Positions 12,060 to 26,334 of a stretch of DNA of 64,000 nucleotides are shown in pieces. A program made the translations under genes and the position numbers. Positions within the stretch are counted from its first letter, which is position 1. Every line of letters begins with the position of its first letter. The notes below the pieces were generated by a model that saw only the letters and a list, made by a program, of their open reading frames with translations, was not told the origin of the DNA and did not search any database. This DNA is from Tubiluchus corallicola (taxonomy: Eukaryota > Animalia > Priapulida), in contig JAQGDQ010000507.1 of assembly GCA_030141605.1 (NCBI GenBank), positions 1 through 64,000 of the forward strand, written 5' to 3'.

Positions 12060-12800
12060 CAACGAAATGGCATACATCTAGCTTTTAGAAGTACGTTTTG
12101 GCGTCATGTCTTGGGGTGGTGTAAATAAAAGTAATTTGGAAGCTTTACAAATTACCCAGAACAAAATTCTCCAACTAATATATCATGTAAGGTATGAATA
12201 CCATCAGACAAATATAATTTAATTGTCTGTTAAAATTCTTAAAGTGAAAGAAATATATGACATGTATTGTCTTCATTTCATGTATCAGTATCATAATTCA
12301 CTACTTCCACCAGCTTTTCAGTCATACTTTAGTCCAGTTTCAAATCAACATGATCATTACACAAGATATTCAGTCGGAAACTATGTACTCCCTCTTCCAA
12401 AAACAAATATAATGAAACAGTCATCAAAATATAATGCTATTAAAATATGGTCATCAATTCCGCGTGAAATGAAAACTCTTAATCTTTATCAATTTAAAAA
12501 AATATCAAAGAATTACTTACTACAACGGTATAATTAACTCATAATTTTACTCATCCTGATCTTAAGTTACTAACAAAACTTATTTTGTTCTAATGTACGT
12601 TATAACTGATGAAAATACTATGTAATGTTAGTTGTCAATTGTTCCACTTCTCTGGAGAAGGACTGGAAAGCATAATGCTCCTTCCTCCTCCTCACAGCGA
12701 CTCGTTTATTTTGATTTTATAATGTTATAACAATTTGTATGTCTGTTTATATGTACGATTTGCTGTGGAATAAATTCATATGTCATATATATATATCAGA
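12060..12800 (+). mobile_element. 3' fragment of a CR1/L2-group LINE (ORF2 C-terminus and 3' UTR)
   Basis: FGVMSWGG..NLEALQITQNKIL followed by ORF 12223-12537 (HDHYTR, KYNAIKIWSSIP, YQFKK..KNYLL), typical of ORF2 tails; AATAAA at ~12769. Confidence 0.75.
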
Positions 12801-13120
12801 AGTGAAGCATCTCTACAACTAAAATAAAATACATCATCACTTACACTGCACAGCATTATTATTACAATTAAGCGAATCATAATTACATTTAATCGTGTTG
12901 CAGTAATGACGACTGACGTCATCAGTGTTCATATACACGCAACCTGGTAGCGCGATAAGAAATTAGGAAATTCAAATTAACTATAGTTAATTAAATTTCA
13001 ACGCTCAGTTGCAGTCGTGTGTAAAAATCAATAAATTTACAAGTTGTTACACGCAACATCACTGCCTAGCGGAAGACTTATACATCTGCGTGTAATACGG
13101 TTTTGTTAATATTTTATTAA

Positions 13121-13594
13121 AGGAAAAAACGGGTCACTCAGTATGTTGGATTTATTTTACTGTTATCACTTAAACTTAGAAAAATATAATAAAGAAATTG
13201 GCAAAAAACTGCCTATAAAGCATAAATTTTAAATATGTTATCTCTGAATAGAAATTTTCAGGTGTGATGGTTGCCGTCATTCGTTTGAAAATTATGACGT
13301 AACTGGGAGACTTCGTGACTTTTCGTAAGCGCTTCGTGGAAATATTACAAAATAAACTACCTAATTTTTTGTAAAAACTTACTATACTTTTGATTAAGAT
13401 TGACAGTGCGCTAGTTTTCTTCAAGATGAATGACGTCATTGGAAGAAGAATGGCATTGAAAATGGGAGCGTCCAAGGATGAAATGATTTTACTAATTACA
13501 CGAGGTGCTTATTGTAGTTTTTTTACTAAATCCTTCTAACATTTTTCGTGAACACTGATATAAGCCTAACTTCCTAGAAGGCTTGTCCTTTCCT
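13121..13594 (+). mobile_element. Kolobok-like MITE, family D
   Basis: TTAA|AGGAAA...TTTCCT|TTAA; colinear with ~29260-29797. Confidence 0.75.
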
Positions 13595-13961
13595 TTAAGT
13601 TCCATGTAATTCAAACAAGCAGTTTTAATCTGAAATGCATCTACATGTATAAACAAATTGAATTTTATTCTTATTACTGTGACCAAAATACGTAGTTTTA
13701 CTGTGATTCTTATATTTGAAAATGCAATCTGCTGTAGTGTGAACTCTTTTTTCCTACTGGCTTCATAAGTCATTTTATAATAAAATAAGTTTTTTTCTAT
13801 ATTTTAATTTTAATTTCACTAAACTTTTTTTGTGAAATCTTGTATTATTTAACTGTTTTAAATCATCATTTTAGTATTACTTTTACATATTTTACGTGCT
13901 TTTACGTAAGTATATATTTATATGAATTTTACGCTATACAAACTTAAACTAAAACTTTAAT

Positions 13962-14445
13962 TTAAAGCACAAGAAAACCTTCCACTTACATAAAGCTTAA
14001 AAAATTCGTCTCGAAATTTTATGCCACTTACATACTGCCTTTTTGCATGCAGGACTTGCGTCGACAGTAACGCTGTATAAAACTTGGAAATTTGAACGCC
14101 CGCGATGACCGTTAGACGCAGCCATTTTAATGGTAGGTCGTGTGATACAAGTTTTGATAACACTGAGTAAAGTTCGAAAAATAATCAGAGCATTCGTAGC
14201 ACACACGTCACTAAATAAGTAAAATTTAAAATTACCGTATCTTGTCAATAAGTATAAAATACGTTTTTGGCTAGTGAGTGGCGCACCCTAATGGGTGAGT
14301 CAGCGACATTTTACCAATTGGCACAAACATTTTAAATTATCTACTTACGTAAGTATTTCCAGCAGGTAAGTGAAATGCTAAGTAATAAAGATTTTGCGTG
14401 GAAAGTTTTTTGAGACATAATTTAACATTTCCCTTTCTTCCCCCG
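13962..14445 (+). mobile_element. Kolobok-like element, family C (may extend to ~14945)
   Basis: TTAA|AGCACAAGAAAACC start; homologous to 1116-1592. Confidence 0.7.
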
Positions 14446-15819
14446 ATTTACGTGGCGTAGTGACGTCATCTAATGGCGCGGTCGGAACAGTGTTGCGGGA
14501 GATTTAAAATGCAAACAAACGAAAATTCCTTTCAACGCGAATACGATATATGCACAAAATTGCTATAAAATAGTATAATTTCTTAAGGCGATTTTTTTGA
14601 AACCTACTTCAGCTGCCCCTTTCTTTGTCCTTTATACGTCACCATATAAATCAGCCCAACCAAGAAATAAGGATCACCATGAAATTATGAATGACTTTCT
14701 GGGGTCCGGCAAAGTTTTCACTATTGTTCAATGGTATACTTTTCAACAGAATGACATGCGAACAGTGTGATATTTCATTCTAAGACTCTGGAATAACATA
14801 CTACATTGTCTGACAGTTTGGACGAAGCCATTTTCGCATTGACAATATAAAGCAATTTTTCACATTTTTTGTTTAAAAAACAGAGCAAAGCAAAAGTTGC
14901 AAAAAATTTAATTTTGATTGAGAAAGAAGGGTCAGAACGCTTTAGGAAAATGTGTAGGAGTTGGTCTAAGAGATTTTTATCGTGGGAATTTCCCAAGTAT
15001 CATGTACTTCCAATACTATTTTGTTGAAATAAATGTGCTTACTGTGAAAAATGCTCAACGTATGCAACAACAAATTAGTTAATATAAAAATTTAATTTAA
15101 TTTTTTAAATTTTAGTAGCTTGCCAGCATTTTCAACCAGGAATAATGAAAGCACACTGTCATCTTATCCGGGGATTTTAGCAAACGTTTTTAACCAAGAT
15201 GATTTTTTTCATGGCAAAAATCTTACGCATAGAAAGCGATAGAAATGATCATTTGTCCACTTAATCAAAAATAAAAATCATCACATCTATTACCTTAACA
15301 CCACCTAAAGTATTGGCACTTAACAGCTCTTGTAACACAGGTTAATTCTTAATGACAAGAATAGTAAAATCGACCAAGCAGGGTTTCGAACAGTCGGTAT
15401 CTCAGTTTTGTCTGCAAAGTTCGACGTCGAACTCTTGGGTTCAAATGTTTCTGTTGGTTTCTCTTTAGCTGTCGTTGTTTCAGCAGATTTTTCATTTGTT
15501 TTTTGGCTAGAAATGTCTACTTCTTCAAGACTTGTCGTCTCGTAAACATCAATTCGCCCAAGGCAATTTACGACCCGTCATTATTACTTCCGCTGTGTAA
15601 ACATAGTTACCTTTGTTGACAACTGCTTGTAGGAGTCGAAAGGTTACAGGCTAATTTATAAACGAATAAAATGGATTTTAATGAGTTCTCGTTTTAATGG
15701 ATAAAAATACTACAATTGAGAAAGAAGAAAAATGACAAAAGAAAGGGCTCATTCTTTGTAAATGCAGAGAAAACACATAATTTTTATGAACTCTGTGGGC
15801 GTTTAACATTGACAATTCT

Positions 15820-16387
<568 letters not shown>

Positions 16388-16653
16388 AACTGAGTAATAG
16401 AATTGACTCCAGGTTGTTGTTTATCGTCATAAACACCTTACTCTAGAAGATTCGGCGCTCACAGAATCGATCAACTCGCTCACAAAATTCAAAAGGTGTT
16501 GAAAAATGCATTTACTCGCAAATTTTATCATCAGTGGTGATTTAACGGTCTTGTTAGCAAACAGTGTTACGTTCTGATGCAAAATGAAACAGTCTGTTCA
16601 CATTAAAAGCTCAGTTTTAGTTTTTTCTTTAAGCTAGATGTTTAGATGTTTAA

Positions 16654-17141
16654 CGGAAAACCGGACGATCGTTTAGACTCAATCTCATTTTAATTTACCT
16701 TTCCAAAATATACATTTTCTATAAAAGCTAGCAATTGTTTCCAATATTCGAATAATTACCTTGGAAAGTTAGTTACGTCTACATCACAAACCAACCACAG
16801 TTTGTGCAATGGTAGGCATCTTCCCTGCGCGTCATGCACGTTTGCGCCAGCGAAGATTGCTATAAGACGCTGATGTGATGTCACGAAAATGAGCACTACG
16901 TCACATTGACGTCACAGACGAACACTGCAGTTCATGATTATGCTTATCACGGTGCCACGCCTATTTCTTGGACACGTGAATGAGACAAAAAAGGCACATT
17001 GCCAGTCACTGAGCCACGCGTACCTTTGAAAGTTTAACAAAATCTAATTATCCAAGGTAATCATTATTTAATCTAAGCTTTGATATTAAAAAAACATACT
17101 TTATTTTGAACGAATGTTTACACAATTGTCCATCTTTTCCT
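16654..17141 (-). mobile_element. Kolobok-like MITE, family A (opposite orientation)
   Basis: TTAA|cGGAAAACCGGACGAT start; reverse-complement homology to 28668-29214 and 50547-51137. Confidence 0.75.
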
Positions 17142-17511
17142 TTCTTTAAGTTTTATAAGAAGGTTCTTTGCAGTGATTATTTTGGATTAGGGAAAGTAAA
17201 AAAAGCGAAAAATGCAACAAGAGTTTCAGAAAACAGAATGAATTACAACATAAACACTGCAAATGTAAAAGGATAACTAGAGTGGAGTGGAGTGGAGGGG
17301 AGTGGATTAGCATGGAGTAAGTGGAGTGTACTACATTGGATAGAATGCAAATACAGCACCACATTTCTGAGATGCTACAGCCACTTTCGTACATGTAATT
17401 AAACAGACTAATTAATCAAATAGGGTTTACTTATGGAAGCAATTTCAATTTAGGATAATGTGTGAGTTTTCTCAAATGTTACATTCTTCTACTATAGTAA
17501 GTGTGGGGGGG

Positions 17512-17673
17512 CGCCTTAAACGTTATTTCTTACCACAGGAAGTGCAGATGCTAAATGTGAACGCACCTTAAACGTTATTTCTTGCCATAAGAAGTGCAGA
17601 GGCTAAATGTGAACGCACCTTAAACGTTATTTCTTGCCATAGGAAGTGCAGGCTAAATGTGAACGCACCTTAA
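17512..17673. repeat. ~52 bp tandem repeat, 3 copies
   Basis: Unit gcaccttaaacgttatttcttgccataggaagtgcagaggctaaatgtgaac. Confidence 0.9.
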
Positions 17674-17820
17674 CACAGACTAAAAGATTTTCATACCTCG
17701 TCTTAAGTGTTGCACAGTGGTACATATTTTTTGAAAGACGAAAAATAAATTTCAATAAAATTAATTAGCTTAATGTTTAGCGGAATTAAAACACATGGAA
17801 GCAAGTGGCTGTGTACTTAC

Positions 17821-17900
17821 CTTCTCCGGCAGCAGGATGCGCCACCACCGCAGATTGCCAGGCAGTAAAATGTGTTCTGTGTAAAATCACTCAATTCAAC
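17821..17900 (-). other. Candidate exon (80 bp)
   Basis: Acceptor ttttctgtttaattttcAG; donor AAG|GTAAGT. GC-richer than its flanks. One open frame (VELSDFTQNTFYCLAICGGGASCCRR) and no ATG. Confidence 0.55.
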
Positions 17901-18045
17901 CTGAAAATTAAACAGAAAAAATGTATCATTGTAAGATAGCAAATGTTCTTCTGTCTATATTTACGGCATGTCGTGAAGTTTGGGCTTCGCGATTCACGCG
18001 CCGTAAGGAAACCAAAGTGAATTAATTTACGTATAACTGCAGGAC

Positions 18046-18831
18046 TACCACTACTACTACTACTACCACTACTACTACTACCACTACTACTACTACCACC
18101 ACTACTACCACTACCACTACCACTACACTACTACCACTACACTACCACTACTACTAGTACTACTACTACTTCTACTACTACTACTACCACTACTGCCACT
18201 ACTACTACTACTACCACTACTCCTACCGCTACTGCTACTACTACTGCTACTCCTACTACTACCACTACCACTACTACTATTACTACCACTACTCCTACCG
18301 CTACCGCTACTACTACTGCTACTCCTACTACTACCACTACCACTACTCCTACTACTACTACTACCACTACTCCTAAAGCTACCACTACTACTACTGCTAC
18401 TCCTACTACTACCACTACTCCTACCATTACCACTACGACTACTCCTACTACTACTACCACTACCACTACTCCTAAAGCTACCACTATCGCTACCGCTACT
18501 ACTACTGCTACTCCTACTACTACCACTACCACTACCACTACTCCTACTACTACCACTACTCCTAAAGCTACCACTATCGCTACCGCTACTACTACTGCTA
18601 CTCCTACTACTACCACTACTACTACCACTACTCCTACCACTACCACTACGACTACTCCTACTACTACTACCACTACCACTACTCCTAAAGCTACCACTAC
18701 CACTATCGCTACCGCTACTACTGCTGCTACTGCTACTACTACTCCTACAACTACCACTACGACTACCACTGCCACTACCACTACCACTACCACTACCACT
18801 ACCACTACCACTACCACTACTACTACTACTA
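18046..18831. repeat. Compound (CTA/CCA)n trinucleotide array with repeated internal blocks
   Basis: Direct observation; a ctcctaaagcta block recurs four times. Confidence 0.97.
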
Positions 18832-19323
18832 GCATTGTCACAAAAATAATCACGACACAACATAACTTGCTTGATGTTTGGCGTTTAGTCTATGCCTAAA
18901 ATATTTATTTTTTTTGAGTCAGAATTGTTTCATTTTAGTTGCTTTCCTCATACATTAGCTAATACAGCTGTGTTATCACATGTTTGACGCATCAACCTCT
19001 GAGTATTATAATTTTGAATAGTGACCATGCAAAATGTGTAATTCTTCTTTATGACCACCATTGCAGAACAAAAAGATATTACGAACTTTTGTGACGGAAA
19101 TATTTGTGAGTTTTACTATTTGACACGTGGGATATAAATTCGCTTTGCAACGTCAAGTTTCAAGAATAAAACAAAAAGCGAATTAAAATAGAATCGGATC
19201 TAGACTAAACAACGACTACGTTGCATTTCTCAGCAATGAGTATTCAACTGGTTAAATTAGTAATACTTAAACTACAAATTCCACCATTACAAAAAAGTAG
19301 ATATTTAATTAAATCAATAAAAA

Positions 19324-20231
19324 GATGCGTTTGCGAAAAGTCACGAAGTGCTTTTTAGCTGCGCGCACTTACAGAAAACCATGAAGCGTTGACGAAAAGT
19401 CACGAAGTGCTTTTTGCGCGCACTTACAGAAAACCGTGATGCGCTTATGAAAAGTCACGAAGTGTTTTTTAGCTGCGCGCACTTACAGAAAACCGTGATG
19501 CGTTTACGAAAAGTCGCGAAGTGCTTTTTAGCTACGCGCACTTACAGAAAACCATGATGCGTTTGCGAAAAGTCACGAAGTCCTTTTTAGCTGCGCGCAC
19601 TTACAGAAAACCATGATGCACTTACGAAAAGTCACGAAGTCCTTTTTAGCTGCGCGCACTTACAGAAAATCGTGATGCGTTTACGAAAAGTCACGAAGTC
19701 CTTTTTAGCTGCGCGCACTTACAGAAAACCATGATGCGTTTACGAAAAGTCACGAAGTCCTTTTTAGCTGCGCGCACTTACAGAAAACCATGATGCGTTT
19801 ACGAAAAGTCACGAAGTCCTTTTTAGCTGCGCGCACTTACAGAAAACCGTGATGCGTTTGCGAAAAATCACGAAGTCCTTTTTAGCTACGCGCACTTACA
19901 GAAAACCGTGATGCGCTTACGAAAAGTCACGAAGTGCTTTTTAGCTGCACGCACTTACAGAAAACCATGATGCGTTTACGAAAGTCACGAAGTCCTTTTT
20001 AGCTGCGCGCACTTACAGAAAACCATGATGCGTTTACGAAAGTCACGAAGTCCTTTTTAGCTGCGCGCTCTTACAGAAAACCATGATGCGTTTACGAAAG
20101 TCACGAAGTCCTTTTTAGCTGCGCGCACTTACAGAAAATCGTGATGCGTTTACGAAAAGTCACGAAGTCCTTTTTAGCTGCGCGCACTTACAGAAAATCG
20201 TGATGCGTTTACGAAAAGTCACGAAGTCCTT
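19324..20231. repeat. 59 bp minisatellite, ~15 copies
   Basis: Unit gatgcgtttacgaaaagtcacgaagtcctttttagctgcgcgcacttacagaaaaccat. Confidence 0.98.
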
Positions 20232-20739
20232 CAAGTGAATAGCGGCTACCACCGCGATTTAAAGTTTCTGCACAGCGGTAGTATAAATTACCATTATTCT
20301 TTACAGCCAGTTTTTTGCAAATTTCTTTTGCTAAATTGAACGTAAATTTTGCAAGTTTAATTGACAACAGTAAAATAGGCTCAACACGGTAGATGACTTT
20401 CCTTTAATGATTCAGTTAACAACCTCATATGAAACCTTTATGTACAACGTGCAAAGGCTAAACGTAAATCAGTTTATCCCAACTTAATCTATCCGCTAAT
20501 CTAAGAGTTGCTTCAATTATAGCCTGATATCTCATAACAGGACTAAGTGAAGCGGACTCAATTACCCTCGGTGGACATTTGATTATATGGTACATTGTGT
20601 TACTCATTTCAGCTTAGGCATAGCCACTGGAATACACGAGTCACTGTCATATTGCACTGAAAAAGGGCCTAACCTAAGCAATTTGGACAAAAACGTTTGA
20701 ATAGCGTGTGGGCGACTATCGCAAAGCCACAATAACAAT

Positions 20740-21040
20740 CATTAGAATAATTAGCTTCTTTGAATATTCCAGTACAGAGAGAGATAGTAGAAAACTTGAA
20801 GTTTTAACCTGCATATTTCTAACAGGTCAAAGCAATTTTAATGATCTTCTATTCAACATTGGTAATGCAGACAGTAATATGTGCCAGTGTTTAGACGGGA
20901 GGCAAACCCCACATCATCTGTTGTTTCAATGTAAATTCGTAAGTCGCATTAAACGTGAAAACTTTATAAGCGTTTAACAGCACCAAGATGTCAATAATTA
21001 TATATTAAATTGTCCTGATAAACTGATTTTAATTAATTTA
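20740..21040 (+). mobile_element. LINE ORF2 C-terminal zinc-knuckle fragment (I/R1/LOA-type)
   Basis: LTGQSNFNDLLFNIG..DSNMCQC....QTPHHLLFQC matches the C-x-C-x7-H-x4-C motif at the end of non-LTR ORF2. Confidence 0.7.
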
Positions 21041-21058
21041 CTACAACAGCAGCAGCAG

Positions 21059-21102
<44 letters not shown>

Positions 21103-21158
21103 ACAACAACAACAACAACAACAATAATAATAATAAAAATAACGATAATAATGATAAT
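21041..21158. repeat. (CAG)n-(CAA)n-(TAA)n microsatellite
   Basis: Direct observation. Confidence 0.95.
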
Positions 21159-21296
21159 TAGAAAAAAAGTGCAAGCCTCCCTTTTTGAATGGCATGCACA
21201 ATGTCGCTATGGTAGCACATGACAGTGCTACTTTCAGTCCTCCCTTTGTGAAAGTAGAGCTGTTTTGTTGGTTTTGTATGTGGAACATACAGCGTT

Positions 21297-22142
21297 GTGA
21301 TATGCTATGATATGATTTATTCTTTCCAACATAGTACTACACTGTAATACAAGAGAAAAAGCAGAAGCCACCCAGGCGGAGCACTTATAGGTGTCTCCGT
21401 AAACAAGTTACGATCAAATTTACAATGTTGCAACAAGTTTTCGTTGCCTAACAATTATGTAAAAATTTTAACATTGGAGGTATTAACTGTGTCATACGCT
21501 AAAGAATTTCAAATATCTACGATTCTGTTGCAAAAAGAAAATTTACAAATATTCAATATGCAATAGCTTTCATATAATTTAAAGTTACGTTCCCTAAACT
21601 CAAAATGGGGTGCGTACGCAGAAAATCATGAAACAAGTAATCCTCTACGATTACTACAAATTTTGTAAACCCTTTTAGGTCAAAAATTAACCCTCTTATT
21701 TCTAATGGATGTAACTGTGAAAGTAATTTGTATAGTTTACATTACATCTTTTACACAAATGTCTAGTGAAGTATCTTTGAACATTTTCAATACAGTCAGT
21801 CAAAGTTACAAGATAAGGATTCCAGCCTGGTGTGCAGTATTCTAACAAAGGTCTTATGTAAACCTTATATGCTGAAAGTAAAACTTCTTTATTTTTAGCG
21901 TAAAAACATCTAAATATTATGTTTAAAATTTTACAGCTTTTTAGCTCACAGGTTTCTACAATATTTGTTCAATTTTAAAATACAGTGACACCAATAAATT
22001 ATTATTTAAATAATATACCTTCTGCGGGTTTTCAACAGCGACAAGGATAAGCATACACTTATGTGCAGCAATTTGCAACTGCCACAAGGTACCCCATTCA
22101 CCAAGTTTTAGCAAAGCTGTTAATAGTTGTTAATAGTCAGCT
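21297..22142 (-). mobile_element. 5'-truncated, decayed CR1-like LINE
   Basis: Minus-strand translation gives EWGTLWQL..AHKC, AYKVYIRPLLEYCTPGWNPY..IENVQRYFTRHL and FCNRIVDI*NSL; (ATCAT)n-like tail near 21300. Confidence 0.85.
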
Positions 22143-23506
22143 ACATAGTGACATGACATAATGACATTTAACAGGCAGACTTCCTTGTAACAAGAATGAA
22201 AAACAGCAACAGCAGCGCCCCAGCACTCCTAAAAAAAGTCGTTAATGCTCAGCTACAGACTGACATGACATTTAACGGGCAGACTTCCTTGTAACAAGAA
22301 TAAAAAACAGCAACAGCAGCGCCCCAACACTCCTAAAAAAAGTCGTTAATGGTCAGCTACAGACTGACATGACATTTAACAGGCAGACTTCATTGTAATA
22401 AGAATAAAAAAACAACAACAGCAGCGCCCCAGCACTCCTAAAAAAGTCGTTAATGGTCAGCTACAGACTGACATGACATTTAACAGGCAGACTTCATTGT
22501 AATAAGAATAAAAAAACAACAACAACAGCGCTCCCAGCACTCCTAAAAAGTCGTTAATGGTCAGCTACAGACCGACATGACATTTAACAGGCAGACTTCA
22601 TTGTAATAAGAATAAAAAAACAACAACAACAGCGCTCCCAGCACTCCTAAAAAGTCGTTAATGGTCAGCTACAGACTGACATGACATTTAACAGGCAGAC
22701 TTCATTGTAATAAGAATAAAAAACAACAACAACAGCGCTCCCAGCACTCCTAAAAAGTCGTTAATGCTCAGCTACAGACTGACATGACATTTAACAGGCA
22801 GACTTCATTGTAATAAGAATAAAAAAACAACAACAACAGCGCTCCCAGCACTCCTAAAAAGTCGTTAATGGTCAGATACAGACCGACATGACATTTAACA
22901 GGCAGACTTCATTGTAATAAGAATGAAAAACAGCAACAGCAGCGCCCCAGCACTCCTAAAAAAGTCGTTAATGCTCAGCTACAGACTGACATGACATTTA
23001 ACGGGCAGACTTCCTTGTAACAAGAATAAAAAACAGCAACAGCAGCGCCCCAGCACTCCTAAAAAAAGTCGTTAATGGTCAGCTACAGACTGACATGACA
23101 TTTAACAGGCAGACTTCATTGTAATAAGAATAAAAAAACAACAACAGCAGCGCCCCAGCACTCCTAAAAAAAGTCGTTAATGGTCAGCTACAGACTGACA
23201 TGACATTTAACAGGCAGACTTCATTGTAATAAGAATAAAAAAACAACAACAACAGCGCTCCCAGCACTCCTAAAAAGTCGTTAATGGTCAGCTACAGACT
23301 GACATGACATTTAACAGGCAGACTTCATTGTAATAAGAATAAAAAACAACAACAACAGCGCTCCCACCACTCCTAAAAAGTCGTTAATGGTCAGCTACAG
23401 ACCGACATGACATTTAACAGGCAGACTTCATTGTAATAAGAATAAAAAACAACAACAGCAGCCCTCCCAGCACTCCCGAAAGTCGTTAATAGTCAGCTAC
23501 AGACTG
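22127..23506. repeat. ~104 bp minisatellite, ~13 copies
   Basis: Unit gtcgttaatggtcagctacagactgacatgacatttaacaggcagacttcattgtaataagaataaaaaaacaacaacagcagcgccccagcactcctaaaaa. Confidence 0.97.
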
Positions 23507-24019
23507 TAACAGATTCGATACGAATGGACACGTTCCGTGAAAATCTTTCATTAGCTGTAAAATGTCTTTCGGTCCAGCAGGTCGGCGCTGTCATTGTTCC
23601 ATTCCATTAACGGCTGATGATTGTGAGCTGATTAGCGCTCGTTTGAGCCCTTTAACGTCCACGCTGTCCAAGCTAAAGCCGCAAGACCTTGCCGTGTGAA
23701 GCCATGGCTAAACACATGCAAGACGCAGACGTGAAGCCAAGTTAAACCAGTAAGAACTAGGCGCGAAGCTACCCTACCTTTTTACAGCACCCGATTCTCC
23801 CTGACCGCTCAAAGAGATAGTATTTTCGAAGAATGTTGTTGCTGTTTGCTGTTGCCATTGTCGTGTGGTCGTTGTTGTTAATTGCCGTTGCAGTTTCTCT
23901 TGTCGATGCGTTGCTAGTTTCCGACTGTATATGGTCGTCCCCTCTTGTTAAACAGTGAAAAAACAGGTAAACTCAAGTTACAGTTGCTAGATTTCTGGTC
24001 TTGAATACTGGCAGTCGAG

Positions 24020-24285
24020 GTGTCATAGCTTATAGTAACAGTATAATAGTCACAGCGTATAGTAACAGAATAACAGTTACAGCTTATAGTAAAATAATAA
24101 TAGTTATTGCTTACAAAAAACATAATAGCAGTCATAGCTTATAGTAATAATACATATAGTTTGCAGTAACAGAAACACAGTTATAGCTTATAGGAACAGA
24201 CTAGTACTTCAGCTTCTAATAACAAAATAACTGTTACAGCTTGTAGTAAAAGAATGGTATATATAGCTTATAGTAACACAATAGC
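24020..24285. repeat. Old degenerate tandem repeat (agcttatagtaa core)
   Basis: The core recurs about 8-9 times with variable spacing. Confidence 0.75.
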
Positions 24286-24317
24286 TACGACACATTCATG
24301 CTAACCTGAGTATAGAC

Positions 24318-24339
24318 ACCACCACCACTGCAACAACAA

Positions 24340-24399
<60 letters not shown>

Positions 24400-24437
24400 C
24401 AACAGCAACACTGCTGCTGCTGCTGCTGCTGCTGCTG

Positions 24438-24505
<68 letters not shown>
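24318..24505. repeat. (CAG)n-(CTG)n-(CTA)n-(CGA)n compound microsatellite
   Basis: Direct observation. Confidence 0.96.
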
Positions 24506-24506
<1 letters not shown>

Positions 24507-24869
24507 CTCCGCGATAGATTTAATATCACGTTCAAGTATCTTAGGCTTCACCCTTGTACACCGACATATCATGAATTTCAGAAGTTCAGTGTTTTCTAAA
24601 GCTAGATTACATGTGAGGTAATTTGAAGAGAGGCTATGATAAAGGTAACATTTATGAACTATCGAAATTGCTGATAAATAGCAAATATTTAAGCGACATA
24701 GTGCAGTAATTAGTTTTTTAACTAGTTACTTTTTTACCAGTAAAATTTTTACTAATAAATTCATTAAAGAAGATACACACAAAAAATGTAATATACTGAT
24801 ATAGCCCACTACGCAATTTAAAATCTCGGCAGGCTAAACGATAAAATACATTTAAAAGTCACAAGAAAC

Positions 24870-25160
24870 GTAAAATTTAAAAACCATTAAAAATAATTCA
24901 TCATAAAAAGTACAATTTAAACACACGTGTTTTAAGATGTTGTTTAAAACAATCTAATGAATTTGTAGACCGTGTAGCAACAGGTAGGTTATTCCAGAGA
25001 CGTGGAGCTCAGATAGAGAAAAGCTTTTTCACCATAGAATACTGTATTAGGAATTGGCTGATGTAAATTAATTTGTTTATTAGCATTAGAACAAAGTGTT
25101 GGGCCTGTGTTAGTACGTATTAAAAGATTAGTAAGGCGTGTAGAGCCAAACCATGTAGTA
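24870..25160 (-). mobile_element. L2-like LINE 3' fragment
   Basis: Minus strand reads YGEKAF(frameshift)..APRLWNNLP..RSTNSLDCFKQHLKT, typical of the L2 ORF2 end. Confidence 0.7.
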
Positions 25161-25186
25161 TTCTACCTGATGTCGTGTCACTCTAG

Positions 25187-25345
25187 AGCTGACTATTAAC
25201 AACTAAAAACAGCTTTGCTAAAACTTAGTGAATGGGGTACCTTGTGGCAGTTGCACATTGCTGCACATAAGTGTATGCTTATCCTTGTCGCTAGTGAAAA
25301 TCCGCAGAAGGTATATTATTTAAATAATTATTTATTGGTTTCACT
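25187..25345 (+). mobile_element. Inverted second copy of the CR1 fragment at 21984-22142
   Basis: High-identity reverse complement of 21984-22142. Confidence 0.9.
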
Positions 25346-26334
25346 AGTAGGTTGGTTCACCTTGATTTAATTAGTGGGGACATACTTTAGCAAAGCTGCT
25401 GACCTTCTGATAGGTTATCTGACAATTTGTGAGTCAAACGTTCTGACTTGGTCGACTAGCTCTATTCATCATCAAAGATTTCATTTACCCACGTCTGGAT
25501 TAATGGTCTTAATCCGTCTTACCGAATCGACTTACCAAAAAAACTTTTAATAAATTACTTCTTCGTGTTCTATTAGTCTTTCAACCGAGAAAGATCTCCG
25601 CTGTTCAGAAACTGGTTCATTAATTACGGTTTTAATAATTAATTTTATTATTATAGAGATCTGCTTAGATCACTGTCTAGTTGAGCACTTATAGCCATAT
25701 CATATCGATATACCACCGTTGCCACCACATCATGAACCGAAGTCGGTAGTCAACAGCCTAACCTGAGGGGGGGGGGCAATGGGGCCCGGGACGGAGCCAC
25801 GCAAACCAAGCATTTCCCCTTTATTTTAGACGTGTTCTGAGGTCTTTTTCAGAAACTAAAATCAAGAAATTTAAATTAGAAAGTAGAAATTTTTGATTTT
25901 AGACACCAAAAGAAGCCATAAGCGTCTAAAATTTACAAAAGAACAAACAGTGTACTTGCACGTACATCAATTTTCGAAGCTTTTTCCTCAGTCACATTTC
26001 TCACGTTTTCTGACGTATCAGTTTATCAATTAAATTATTAAGCTATGTTATTCAAAGCTAAAATGAAAGAAGTACTTCGCTTTGCCCAAAATTGGCAAAA
26101 AATGCACACCGGGGTGAAATGATGAAGCCATACAAATGAAGTCTGATTAAGAGTAATTTAACACGTTTACTATTGCCTTAGTTAACAGAAACTCGGGTGT
26201 TTTTGGCTTGATCTCTTGCAAAGTTTCAATAACATGCAAGTTGCATTTCATAATTTTTTCCACTTAAATTTCAATGTGAGGATCGAAATCAGGAGATACC
26301 AGAATTTTTCAAATATCTCACCGAACTACGAATC

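Noticed and set aside
18123-18863. Ser/Gly-rich 246 aa ORF resembling a structural protein
   Set aside because: Coextensive with a trinucleotide microsatellite; no signal peptide or splice context.
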